Position numbers and translations under genes: made by a program. From Candidatus Magasanikiibacteriota bacterium (GTDB taxonomy: Bacteria > Patescibacteriota > Patescibacteriia > Magasanikbacterales > UBA922), in assembly GCA_016207245.1 (NCBI GenBank), contig JACQQA010000005.1, positions 64,068 through 128,067 on the forward strand: a DNA stretch of 64,000 nt. The letters are read 5' to 3'. Shown in pieces: positions 18,110 through 25,821 of the stretch. The notes under the pieces are model-generated. The model saw only the letters and a list, made by a program, of their open reading frames with translations, had not been told where the DNA came from and ran no database searches. Each line of letters starts with the position of its first letter. Positions within the stretch are counted from its first letter, which is position 1.

Positions 18110-18547
18110 ATGTCTATGCAACAGTTTGTAGTACCGCAATTCATTGACGTGGAAGACAAGATTTTCGGGCCGATAACCGTAAGGCAATTTTTGATTCTGC
18201 TGGCCGGCGGTCTGCTGGTGTTTCTCGCTTTCAAATACGCGGATTTCGCCTTGTTCATCACGAGTTTAATAGTTGTGGGAGGTGGTTCGCTGATTGTGGC
18301 GTTTGTAAAAATCAACGGTCAAACATTTCATTATTTTATTTTAAATTTATTGCAGACTGTCCGTCGGCCGGGACTGCGCGTGTGGCGGAAAAATTATGAC
18401 AAAGACGAATTAAATTATTTGCGCTTACTGGAGCCGCCGGAGATTGAAATTAAAGAAGTGAGGAAGGCGGCGCGGAGCGAACATATCAGAGATTTGGCTT
18501 TAATCGTGAATACCGGCGGGTTTTATCGGCCGGAGGAGGATTTATGA
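18110..18547 (+). CDS. PrgI-family (VirB3-like) small T4SS membrane protein
   Basis: The N-terminus QFVVPQFIDVEDKIFGPITVRQFLILLAGGLLVF, followed by two TM helices, is the PrgI-family pattern. The ORF overlaps the next ORF by 4 nt. Confidence 0.7.
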   Translation: MSMQQFVVPQFIDVEDKIFGPITVRQFLILLAGGLLVFLAFKYADFALFITSLIVVGGGSLIVAFVKINGQTFHYFILNLLQTVRRPGLRVWRKNYDKDELNYLRLLEPPEIEIKEVRKAARSEHIRDLALIVNTGGFYRPEEDL

Positions 18548-19233
18548 AAAACGAAAAAGTTAAAAAGAAAAAAACCGGCAAGCCATCCACGCAGACTCAT
18601 CTGCCGATCGCGGAGATTAAAGACGGCGTGGTGGTTTTGAAAGACGGAACTTTGCGCGCGGTGCTGATGACTTCCAGCATTAATTTCGCGTTGAAATCCG
18701 AAGACGAACAAAACGCCTTGATTTCATCTTATGTGAGTTTTTTAAATTCTTTGGATTTTCCTTTGCAAATCGCCATCCAATCGCGCCGTTTGCAGATTAA
18801 GCCTTACGTGGAAAAATTAATCCAACTGGAAAAAGAACAGCCAAACGAGCTTTTGCGCATTCAAACCGCTGATTACCGCTCTTTCATTCAAGAGTTGATA
18901 CAAATGGGGCAGATCATGACCAAGCGTTTCTACGTGGTGGTTCCGTATGATCCGCTTTCCAACAGCAGAAAATCTTTTTGGGCCAAATTTAAAGAGGTGC
19001 TGAAACCGGCTTTGAGCGTGCGGTTGAAAGAAGAAAGATTCAAACAGCGGGTGGAAGATTTAAATTTGCGTTTGCGCCAAGTGTTTTCCGGTTTGCAAGG
19101 CATGGGGCTCGAAGTGGTCCAGCTTGACACCCAGGCGGTGATTGAGTTGTTTTATTCCAGCTACAATCCGGACATCTCTTTTGCCGAACAATTACAGCCG
19201 ATTGAACAACTACAGATTGAACATAATCTATAA
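18544..19233 (+). CDS. VirB4 N-terminal-domain-like protein (separate ORF)
   Basis: LPIAEIKDGVVVLKDGTLRAVLMTSSINFALKSEDEQNALISSYVSFLNSLDFPLQI resembles the N-terminal domain of Gram-positive VirB4/PrgJ/TcpF-type ATPases. TAA at 19231-19233 is followed 1 nt later by the ATG of the ATPase ORF, which is in another frame. Confidence 0.55.
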   Translation: MKNEKVKKKKTGKPSTQTHLPIAEIKDGVVVLKDGTLRAVLMTSSINFALKSEDEQNALISSYVSFLNSLDFPLQIAIQSRRLQIKPYVEKLIQLEKEQPNELLRIQTADYRSFIQELIQMGQIMTKRFYVVVPYDPLSNSRKSFWAKFKEVLKPALSVRLKEERFKQRVEDLNLRLRQVFSGLQGMGLEVVQLDTQAVIELFYSSYNPDISFAEQLQPIEQLQIEHNL

Positions 19234-19234
19234 T

Positions 19235-21139
19235 ATGGCTTTTAAGCCGATCACAACTGACAAGCGGTTCCTTGGCGGAGCGAAAGCGCAAGAGGAAACA
19301 GAAAAGAAAAAGAAAGAAGTGAAAGAGGGGCTGATTTCTTTGGAAGAGGAGCGCGTTTATCGCGAAGGCACGGTCGCCATCCGCGATTTAATCGCGCCGT
19401 CCGCTTTTCGGGTTGAGTCAAATTTCATCCAATTGGGCGAAACGTTTTTGCGCACGATTTTCGCCATCACTTATCCGCGCTATATCGCCGTGGGCTGGAG
19501 CGCGCCGATTTTGAATTTCAACGCCACCATGGACACGTCAATGTTTTTTTATCCGATTAATTCAGCGATTATTTTAAAACAATTAAAAAAGAAAGTCGGC
19601 GTGTTAGAGGCGCAAATCAGCGCGGACGCGGAAAAAGGCGCGGCGCGCGATCCGTTGCGCGAAACCGCTCTCCGCGATATTGAACAACTGCGCGATGATT
19701 TGACGCAAGGCACCGAACACTTCTTTCAGTTTGCTTTTTATGTCACTTTGTACGCGAAATCAGTTGACGAGCTGAACAAAATGACGGAAGACATTGAAAA
19801 TGTGTTTGGCGCGCGGTTGATTTACAGCAAGCATGTCTTGTTTCAGGCCGAACAGGGTTTCAATTCCACTATGCCGCTGTGCGTGGATGAATTAAACATC
19901 GCTTTTAACATGAATTCATCGCCGATCGCCGCGTCTTTCCCGTTTATGTCCGCCGAACTGACCAGCGACAACGGCATTTTATACGGCATCAACCAGCACA
20001 ATAATAGTTTAATTTTGTTTGATCGTTTTAGTTTGCAAAACGCCAATATGGTGGTGTTCGCGACATCCGGCGCCGGTAAATCATACGCGGTGAAGCTTGA
20101 AGTTTTGCGCAGTCTAATGATGGGCACTGACATCATTATCATTGATCCGGAAATGGAATATCAGCATTTGTGCGAAGCGGTTGGCGGCACTTACGTCAAT
20201 ATTTCTTTGGCATCGGAAAGCAAAGTTAATCCATTTGATTTGCCCCGTCCGGTCGGCCAGCAGATTTCCACCGAAGACGTGATTAGAAGCGCGATAATCA
20301 CTTCAAAAGGATTAATCAGGATAATGTTCGGCTCTTTAAGCGCGTTGGAAGATTCAGTAATGGATCAGGCCTTGCGCGAGACTTACGCGAAAAAAGATAT
20401 CACGCCCAGCTCTAATTTAGCCACGGTTGAACCGCCGATAATGCAGGATTTATTGGATGTTTTGGAAGGCATGGAAGGGGCGCAGACATTGGTTTTGAAA
20501 CTTAAAAAATATACGGAAGGCACTTTTTCCGGTTTATTTAATTCGCCGACCAATGTTAACATGAATAATCAGCTCGTGGTTTTCAGCGTACGCGATTTGG
20601 AGGACGAATTACGGCCAATGGCGATTTATAGTTTGGTTAATTATGTTTGGAATATTGTCAGGAGTGAGCGGAAAAAACGCTTGTTGATTATTGACGAAGC
20701 GTGGTGGCTGATGACGCATGAAGACAGCGCGAAATTTATTTACGCGCTGGTTAAAAGATGCCGCAAGTATTATCTGGGCGTTACGACTATTACGCAAGAC
20801 GTCAATGATTTTTTGCAATCGCAGTATGGACATTCTATCGTTACCAACTCGGCTTTACAACTTCTTTTGCGCCAATTGCCGGCCGCAGTTGATATTATCC
20901 AAAAAACTTTCATGCTGACTGAAGGCGAGAAATATTTATTGCTGGAAAGCGCGGTGGGCGAAGGGATTTTTTTCGCCGGTTTGAAGCGCGCCGCGATTAA
21001 AGTCGTCGCGTCTTACACCGAAGACCAACTGATCACTTCCGATCCGGCGCAGTTGATGCAGATAGAAAAAGCCAAACAAGAGTTTGAAGCGCAGATGGGC
21101 GCGCCGCAGGGCGGCAAACAGGATATGGATATAGGATAG
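19235..21139 (+). CDS. virB4: VirB4-type T4SS ATPase, C-terminal ATPase part
   Basis: Walker A is ATSGAGKSYAVK and Walker B is RLLIIDEAWWLM. GVTTITQD and the overall layout are typical of VirB4/TraE/DUF87 ATPases. The start was moved to ATG 19235 because the track's 19142 extension overlaps the previous gene and reads as nonsense. Confidence 0.85.
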   Translation: MAFKPITTDKRFLGGAKAQEETEKKKKEVKEGLISLEEERVYREGTVAIRDLIAPSAFRVESNFIQLGETFLRTIFAITYPRYIAVGWSAPILNFNATMDTSMFFYPINSAIILKQLKKKVGVLEAQISADAEKGAARDPLRETALRDIEQLRDDLTQGTEHFFQFAFYVTLYAKSVDELNKMTEDIENVFGARLIYSKHVLFQAEQGFNSTMPLCVDELNIAFNMNSSPIAASFPFMSAELTSDNGILYGINQHNNSLILFDRFSLQNANMVVFATSGAGKSYAVKLEVLRSLMMGTDIIIIDPEMEYQHLCEAVGGTYVNISLASESKVNPFDLPRPVGQQISTEDVIRSAIITSKGLIRIMFGSLSALEDSVMDQALRETYAKKDITPSSNLATVEPPIMQDLLDVLEGMEGAQTLVLKLKKYTEGTFSGLFNSPTNVNMNNQLVVFSVRDLEDELRPMAIYSLVNYVWNIVRSERKKRLLIIDEAWWLMTHEDSAKFIYALVKRCRKYYLGVTTITQDVNDFLQSQYGHSIVTNSALQLLLRQLPAAVDIIQKTFMLTEGEKYLLLESAVGEGIFFAGLKRAAIKVVASYTEDQLITSDPAQLMQIEKAKQEFEAQMGAPQGGKQDMDIG

Positions 21140-21155
21140 TATTTAATTATTTTTT

Positions 21156-21755
21156 ATGTTGGACATACGCAAACGAATCTTTATTATCTTAAGTTTGGCG
21201 ATTGGCTTTATTTTGGCTTTCACGCTGTTGTTTTATTTTTTATCAAACAAAAAGAAGGCCGAAGAGGCAGTAGCGCCGTTGACTGGAGAGACAACAACGG
21301 AGACTGCTTCCACATTGCCGAGCGGAGTTTCCGCGCCGACCGGCGGAACAGTCGCGCAACCAGCCAAAGCGCCGGAGGTTTTTGTTCCGGTTGAGAAGTC
21401 GCGCGAGATTTACGCGAAGCAGATCGCCAGATTATTCGTGGAAAGATTCACCACTTTTTCCAATCAGAACGGCAACACGCATATTGATGATGTTTTAATT
21501 TTATCCACCGCTCAAATGGGCAAGTGGATTGAAACACAAAAAATTAAAGCGGCGGCGGAATATCAGGGCGTAACCACGAAAGTGATTGCCGCGAGCGTTT
21601 TAAATATTTCTGACAATAGCGCGTCAGTCAAAGTTGACACCCAACAAATTAAAAGCAGCTCCGGCAAGCAAGAAACGACATATCGGTCAGGCACGGTTGA
21701 TTTGGTTGATGTGAATGGGGAGTGGAAAGTGGGTGGATTCTATTGGGAAAAATAA
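21156..21755 (+). CDS. N-terminally membrane-anchored protein, possible VirB8/PrgL-like (NTF2-like) component
   Basis: Single TM helix (IFIILSLAIGFILAFTLLFYFL), a Thr/Pro/Ala linker, then a ~120-aa domain with a helix-then-strands pattern ending ..VNGEWKVGGFYWEK. The call rests on position directly after VirB4 and is an inference. Confidence 0.3.
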   Translation: MLDIRKRIFIILSLAIGFILAFTLLFYFLSNKKKAEEAVAPLTGETTTETASTLPSGVSAPTGGTVAQPAKAPEVFVPVEKSREIYAKQIARLFVERFTTFSNQNGNTHIDDVLILSTAQMGKWIETQKIKAAAEYQGVTTKVIAASVLNISDNSASVKVDTQQIKSSSGKQETTYRSGTVDLVDVNGEWKVGGFYWEK

Positions 21756-21759
21756 TTGA

Positions 21760-21844
21760 CATGCGAAATGCGAAAGACTGCGAAATTGCGAAAAAACAGT
21801 TGTAGTAATTGTTCGCATTTTCGCAGTCTTTCGCATTTCGCATG
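21760..21844. repeat. Large inverted repeat built from the ATGCGAAATGCGAAAGAC unit
   Basis: 21760-21785 and 21819-21844 are perfect 26-nt reverse complements. The arms extend to 34 nt with 2 mismatches, and the loop is 17 nt. It lies between the stop of 21156-21755 and comFC. Confidence 0.9.
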
Positions 21845-22552
21845 TTTTTTATGTTTAGCCCATCAGGACAGAAAATAATTGAAGTTGCCAAGGATTGTTT
21901 GTTTCCGATCTTTTGTTTAGATTGCGGCAAAGAGGGCGAGTGGATTTGTCCGGATTGTTTTGGCAAAATGGATTTGCGCGGCGTTTTTTGTTGTCCGGTT
22001 TGCCATCGGCCGAATGGGAGCGGAACTTGTTGCGCAATTTGCCAGCCGCAATCTTGTTTAGACAAAGCAATGGCGATTGCGGTTTATCAGGAGGAAAATT
22101 CGGTCGGGCGATTGATTAAGGCGCTAAAATATAATTACGCTGAAGATGCGCTGGCGGCGTTCGCGAAAATGATTGACGGTTTTTTAATTCATCAACTCGG
22201 CGTTTTGTCAGAAGTTGATTTGATTGTTCCGGTGCCTTTACACCGCCGCCGTTTGGTTGAACGCGGATTCAATCAAGCGAGATTATTGGCGGATATTTTG
22301 GGGCAGAAAATCGGACGGCCGGTGGTTGAATGGTTGCAGCGAGAGCGTTACACCATGCAACAAGCTAAACTTTCCCGCGAAGAACGTCGCGCGAACGTTC
22401 ATCAGGCTTTTGCTAATGGTGATTTTAAGGCTGACGCGGTTTTGTTGGCTGACGATGTTTTTACTACCGGCGCGACTATGCAGGAGTGCGCGCGGGTGTT
22501 AAAAAGTTCCGGCGTTAAAAAAGTGATTGGATTTAGCGTTGCGAGGGGGTAG
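21842..22552 (+). CDS. comFC: ComF-family competence protein (phosphoribosyltransferase type)
   Basis: N-terminal Cys4-type zinc motifs (CLDCG..CPDCF..CPVCH..CAIC) and the C-terminal PRTase motif VLLADDVFTTGATM. The start was placed at ATG 21842 (or 21851) because the track start at 21809 lies in the inverted-repeat arm. Confidence 0.85.
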   Translation: MFFMFSPSGQKIIEVAKDCLFPIFCLDCGKEGEWICPDCFGKMDLRGVFCCPVCHRPNGSGTCCAICQPQSCLDKAMAIAVYQEENSVGRLIKALKYNYAEDALAAFAKMIDGFLIHQLGVLSEVDLIVPVPLHRRRLVERGFNQARLLADILGQKIGRPVVEWLQRERYTMQQAKLSREERRANVHQAFANGDFKADAVLLADDVFTTGATMQECARVLKSSGVKKVIGFSVARG

Positions 22553-22558
22553 TGTGTC

Positions 22559-22587
22559 TTGACTATCAGCTGTAAACAATATAAACT
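22559..22587 (+). promoter_or_regulatory. Promoter upstream of the tRNA-Ser locus
   Basis: TTGACT (22559-22564), 17-nt spacer, TAAACT (22582-22587). Confidence 0.45.
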
Positions 22588-22604
22588 ATACCTGTTCAAA
22601 CGAC

Positions 22605-22680
22605 CAATGGAGAGGTGGTCCCGCCGTAGCGGGGTAAACTGAGCTTGCCCCGCCATGGCGGGGTGAAGTCGAAAGCGGCA
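22605..22680 (+). pseudogene. Decayed duplicate of the first ~32 nt of tRNA-Ser, interrupted by two hairpin insertions
   Basis: CAATGGAGAGGTGG (22605-22618), CTGAG (22639-22643) and TCGAAAGCGGCA (22669-22680) reproduce, in order, 22917-22950 of the intact tRNA. Between them lie the hairpins CCCGCcgtaGCGGG and CCCCGCCatGGCGGGG. Confidence 0.75.
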
Positions 22681-22683
22681 ATT

Positions 22684-22959
22684 ATGTTTTTTGTCTACAT
22701 AATACAAAGTTTAAAAACCGGTAGGTTCTACATCGGTTGTACGAAGGATTTGGAGAAGAGGCTACGGCAACATGGAAAGGGTGAAAACGTGTCAACCAGA
22801 TTCGGTTGTCCTTGGGTGTTGGTGTGTTATCGGAAATTTCTTCGACAACAGGAAGCATACGGGTGTGAAAAATTAGTGAAATCGTACAAAGGTGGGAACG
22901 GTTTCAAAAAAATTATCAATGGAGAGGTGGCTGAGTGGTCGAAAGCGGCACGGTGCTAA
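22684..22959 (+). CDS. Small stand-alone GIY-YIG nuclease-domain protein
   Basis: MFFVYIIQSLKTGRFYIGCTKDLEKRLRQH carries the GIY..YIG motifs. 91 aa. The ORF runs into tRNA-Ser, and its stop TAA (22957-22959) overlaps the tRNA anticodon loop. The track's upstream extension to 22645 was rejected. Confidence 0.8.
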   Translation: MFFVYIIQSLKTGRFYIGCTKDLEKRLRQHGKGENVSTRFGCPWVLVCYRKFLRQQEAYGCEKLVKSYKGGNGFKKIINGEVAEWSKAARC

Positions 22960-23011
22960 CGTGTTGTCTGGCTTTAAAACCGGACCCAGGGTTCGAATCC
23001 CTGCCTCTCCG
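22921..23011 (+). tRNA. tRNA-Ser (anticodon GCU), class II with a long variable arm
   Basis: Acceptor GGAGAGG/CCTCTCC. 3-bp D-stem. Anticodon stem GCACG/CGTGT with loop gtGCTaa (GCT at 22955-22957). Long variable arm. T-arm CAGGG-TTCGAAT-CCCTG. Discriminator G. CCA is not encoded. Confidence 0.9.
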
Positions 23012-23081
23012 CCTTCGCCTCGCCGTAGCCCCAAAGGGGCGAAGGCGGGTTTTTGTTAGGTTGTGGTTGTCTCAAATTGAG

Positions 23082-23189
23082 TTAGTTGCTTACTTTGCGT
23101 TTAAAGATAAATATTTGGCATTTAATTTTGAAAAATATCTAAAATCCGGTTCGGATAGGGCTTTTCTAAAGAGACACTTTGACGTATGA
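23082..23189 (+). pseudogene. Remnant of the C-terminal half of a second GIY-YIG gene
   Basis: Translates to LVAYFAFKDKYLAFNFEKYLKSGSDRAFLKRHFDV*, matching the conserved C-terminal ..EKYLKSG.GR.FLK.. part of small GIY-YIG proteins. There is no N-terminal GIY/YIG half upstream. Its stop overlaps the ATG at 23186. Confidence 0.6.
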
Positions 23190-24610
23190 CTTTCAAAAGT
23201 TTACGGGAAAAAGTTTTGCGCCATACCCCGGTATTTAAACGGATTCTTAATGAGAAGGGAGACTTATCCCTTCTTAATTTTTTTCAAGAAACAGCCGGCG
23301 AGTTACCGTCGCCGGTATTGCCAGCGCGACAAGAGGAGCTTTTCGCGGTTTTGAAAAACTTAATTGATAAATATATTGATCCGGCGGTGAGCGATAGCGC
23401 GATTAAACAGTTGCGGATGAATTATCACGTTTCCACCACGGATCATCATGGTCCACTCACGCATCCATTTTTTGCCAACAGCCATTTCGTTCGTTCGCTG
23501 GCGAATGAACAGCATAATCATAATTGTATTTTTGTTTTTTCCGTTGGCGGTGTATCTTTGAATAATTCTTCTTTTCCGCGCGGATTTTTTTTCCACAATC
23601 GCGATCTGGGAGAAGAGCGTCTGCCTTTTTTTAGCTTGCGTCATCGCCAGCATCCGGTTTTCACTTTGCCGCGTTTTCAAGAATCCACTGTAGACGCGAT
23701 TATTGGGGAAAAAGATAAGAATAAAAATTTTTCCATTGAATTTAGAGAGAAATTAAAAAAAAATATAACAGAAATCTGTCTCCAGCCGCGATTATTTTCC
23801 ACGCGATATTATTCGGAACAAATTACCTATTTAAATTATTATCTCTGGAAGAAAATGCCCGGACAGTCGGCGGTTAATCTTATTTATCTTGAACAGGAAA
23901 ATATCACCAATGAGCTTTTGCTCGCGTATCATTTGGGACGTGACACAGTTTTGTCTCGTCTGCTCACCGACGAGTCAGCTTTGTGCGCCTTTGAAAAATA
24001 TTTTGATGGCATCTCCGGCGCGTTTTCATCAGAGAATTTCCACGGCACGATGTTGTTTTGGGGGATCCGTGACGGCAAGAGAAAAAGATTGGTTCGCGAC
24101 GGCTTGGCGCTGGTATCTGATGACGGCCTATGCCATGTCGCGCTTGAGCCAAACGCGCTTCGCGAGGCGATTCTTAAAAAAGAAATCATGCCGAGCATGG
24201 CTCTGACTTTTATTGTTTTGAGTTTTTATTACGGGTTATCCTGCGGTGGCGGGTTTTTACAAGTCAGCTATCTCACGGCCATGAAGGAGGCGTATCGTTC
24301 ATTGCTACAGACAATTGGCGGCGGTCGGAATGAAATTGATCAGTTGGCTTCAATCAGCACTGATTATTTCAGCGGCGAGTTTGTTCTCGGCACATTGGCT
24401 AACGGCGCGGCCAGCGTTCCGGCAACGCCGTTTGATTTTCTTCTTTACGCGAATCAAGACACTGTTTCACGCTTGCGCGGCATCGCGGCAAGATGTACGC
24501 TTAATGAAGCGGTGGACCAAATGATGCTGGAATTATATAAAATTATTTATGGCAAGGCAACGAATGTTTTGTCTCCGAAGTTTTCTTATGAGCCAACAAT
24601 GTTTGTCTAA
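23186..24610 (+). CDS. Hypothetical protein (474 aa), unknown function
   Basis: Long ORF with no recognisable motif. It is coupled to, or overlaps, the following ATP-grasp gene. Confidence 0.6.
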   Translation: MTFKSLREKVLRHTPVFKRILNEKGDLSLLNFFQETAGELPSPVLPARQEELFAVLKNLIDKYIDPAVSDSAIKQLRMNYHVSTTDHHGPLTHPFFANSHFVRSLANEQHNHNCIFVFSVGGVSLNNSSFPRGFFFHNRDLGEERLPFFSLRHRQHPVFTLPRFQESTVDAIIGEKDKNKNFSIEFREKLKKNITEICLQPRLFSTRYYSEQITYLNYYLWKKMPGQSAVNLIYLEQENITNELLLAYHLGRDTVLSRLLTDESALCAFEKYFDGISGAFSSENFHGTMLFWGIRDGKRKRLVRDGLALVSDDGLCHVALEPNALREAILKKEIMPSMALTFIVLSFYYGLSCGGGFLQVSYLTAMKEAYRSLLQTIGGGRNEIDQLASISTDYFSGEFVLGTLANGAASVPATPFDFLLYANQDTVSRLRGIAARCTLNEAVDQMMLELYKIIYGKATNVLSPKFSYEPTMFV

Positions 24611-25790
24611 AAAAAGCTGTCAAGCTTGCGGGAACAACCCCACGCCGCATTTCTCCACTTGGCTCGCGGAAACCGCGCAGGTTTGTTTGAATCCTTTGGA
24701 CAGAATGATTATTCGCGGCTGGGTCTATTCGTTATTATCAACGTTAGCTCACAAGTTTTTTATCGGCAGTATTTATACGCTTCGGCTGTTCGGTATCGCT
24801 AAACCGAATTTTGATATCGCGCGTGTCGTGTGCGAGCGCGGCAAAGTTTTTTGGCAAGAGGCGATTAAACGCGGCATTGTAATGCAAAATTTTATTGTGT
24901 TCGGCCGTTCGGTTGACGTGTATCAGGCCGTGGTTCGCGGCCGGCGCATCTATTTTAATGGTTTGCCGCGGCCGATAGTAACTGACAGTGGATCAGAGCT
25001 TTGGTTGGATGATAAAGAATTGTTGAAAAAAAGATTACAACAAGCGTCTTTACCGGTTGCTCGCGGCGGTTCATTTTCTCGCTGGGATGAATTGCTGAAA
25101 ACATTTCATCAGCTTGATAAGCCGGTGATTATAAAACCGCGGCTCGGTTCCCGCGGCCGCCATACCACTACCAATGTTTTTACTGAAGAAGAATTAAAGC
25201 CGGCGTTTAAAATCGCCAAACAATTATGCCACTGGGTGGTAATGGAAGAACATTTGGAGGGCAGTGTTTATCGCGCGACGCTTGTTAATGGCAAATTAGT
25301 GGGTTTGTTGCGCGGAGATCCGCCGCGAGTCGTCGGCGATGGCGTTCATACCATCGCGGAACTCGTTGAGATTAAAAATGAAAATAAACATCCTCTTGTC
25401 AGCGAAGTGGCGCTTGATAATCAACGCAAGGATTTTTTAGCCCGCAGAGGTTGGACATCTGATAGTGTTCCCACTAGCGGAGAAATTGTTGATCTTTTGG
25501 AAAAAATCGGCGTGAGTTACGGCGGTTGGCGCGCCGAAGTAATCAAAGAAACCCATCCGGAGATAAAAAAAATCATGGAACAAGCGGCCGCGGCAATTAA
25601 CGACCCGCTGGTTGGTTTTGATTTTATTATTAAAGACGTTTCTTCTCCCCCGCAAGGACAAAAATGGGGTATAATAGAATGCAATGGCACGCCGTTCATT
25701 GATTTGCACCACGAGCCGCTGGAGGGCGAACCGAGCGATGTGGCGCGGGAACTGTGGAATTATGTGGAGGAGAATGTCGGAAAGTTTTAA
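24549..25790 (+). CDS. ATP-grasp ligase (cyanophycin-synthetase-N-terminal / RimK-like)
   Basis: KPVIIKPRLGSRGRHTT..., VVMEEHLEGSVYRATLVNGKLVG and WGIIECNGTPFIDLH resemble ATP-grasp nucleotide-binding and Mg-binding segments. The start is uncertain: 24549, 24588 or 24705. The first two overlap the previous gene. Confidence 0.65.
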   Translation: MARQRMFCLRSFLMSQQCLSKKSCQACGNNPTPHFSTWLAETAQVCLNPLDRMIIRGWVYSLLSTLAHKFFIGSIYTLRLFGIAKPNFDIARVVCERGKVFWQEAIKRGIVMQNFIVFGRSVDVYQAVVRGRRIYFNGLPRPIVTDSGSELWLDDKELLKKRLQQASLPVARGGSFSRWDELLKTFHQLDKPVIIKPRLGSRGRHTTTNVFTEEELKPAFKIAKQLCHWVVMEEHLEGSVYRATLVNGKLVGLLRGDPPRVVGDGVHTIAELVEIKNENKHPLVSEVALDNQRKDFLARRGWTSDSVPTSGEIVDLLEKIGVSYGGWRAEVIKETHPEIKKIMEQAAAAINDPLVGFDFIIKDVSSPPQGQKWGIIECNGTPFIDLHHEPLEGEPSDVARELWNYVEENVGKF

Positions 25791-25821
25791 AGACGGAAGA
25801 ATTTTTGGTATAATAGGAACA

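Noticed and set aside
19142-19234. N-terminal extension of the VirB4 ATPase ORF as given in the ORF track (start 19142)
   Set aside because: It overlaps the 3' end of the preceding well-formed ORF in another frame and translates to implausible sequence (MSCFIPATIRTSLLPNNYSRLNNYRLNIIYN). ATG 19235, just after the upstream stop, is the natural start.
21809-21841. comFC start at 21809 as in the ORF track
   Set aside because: The first 11 codons (MFAFSQSFAFR) are simply the right arm of the 21760-21844 inverted repeat. In-frame ATGs at 21842 or 21851 give a normal ComF N-terminus.
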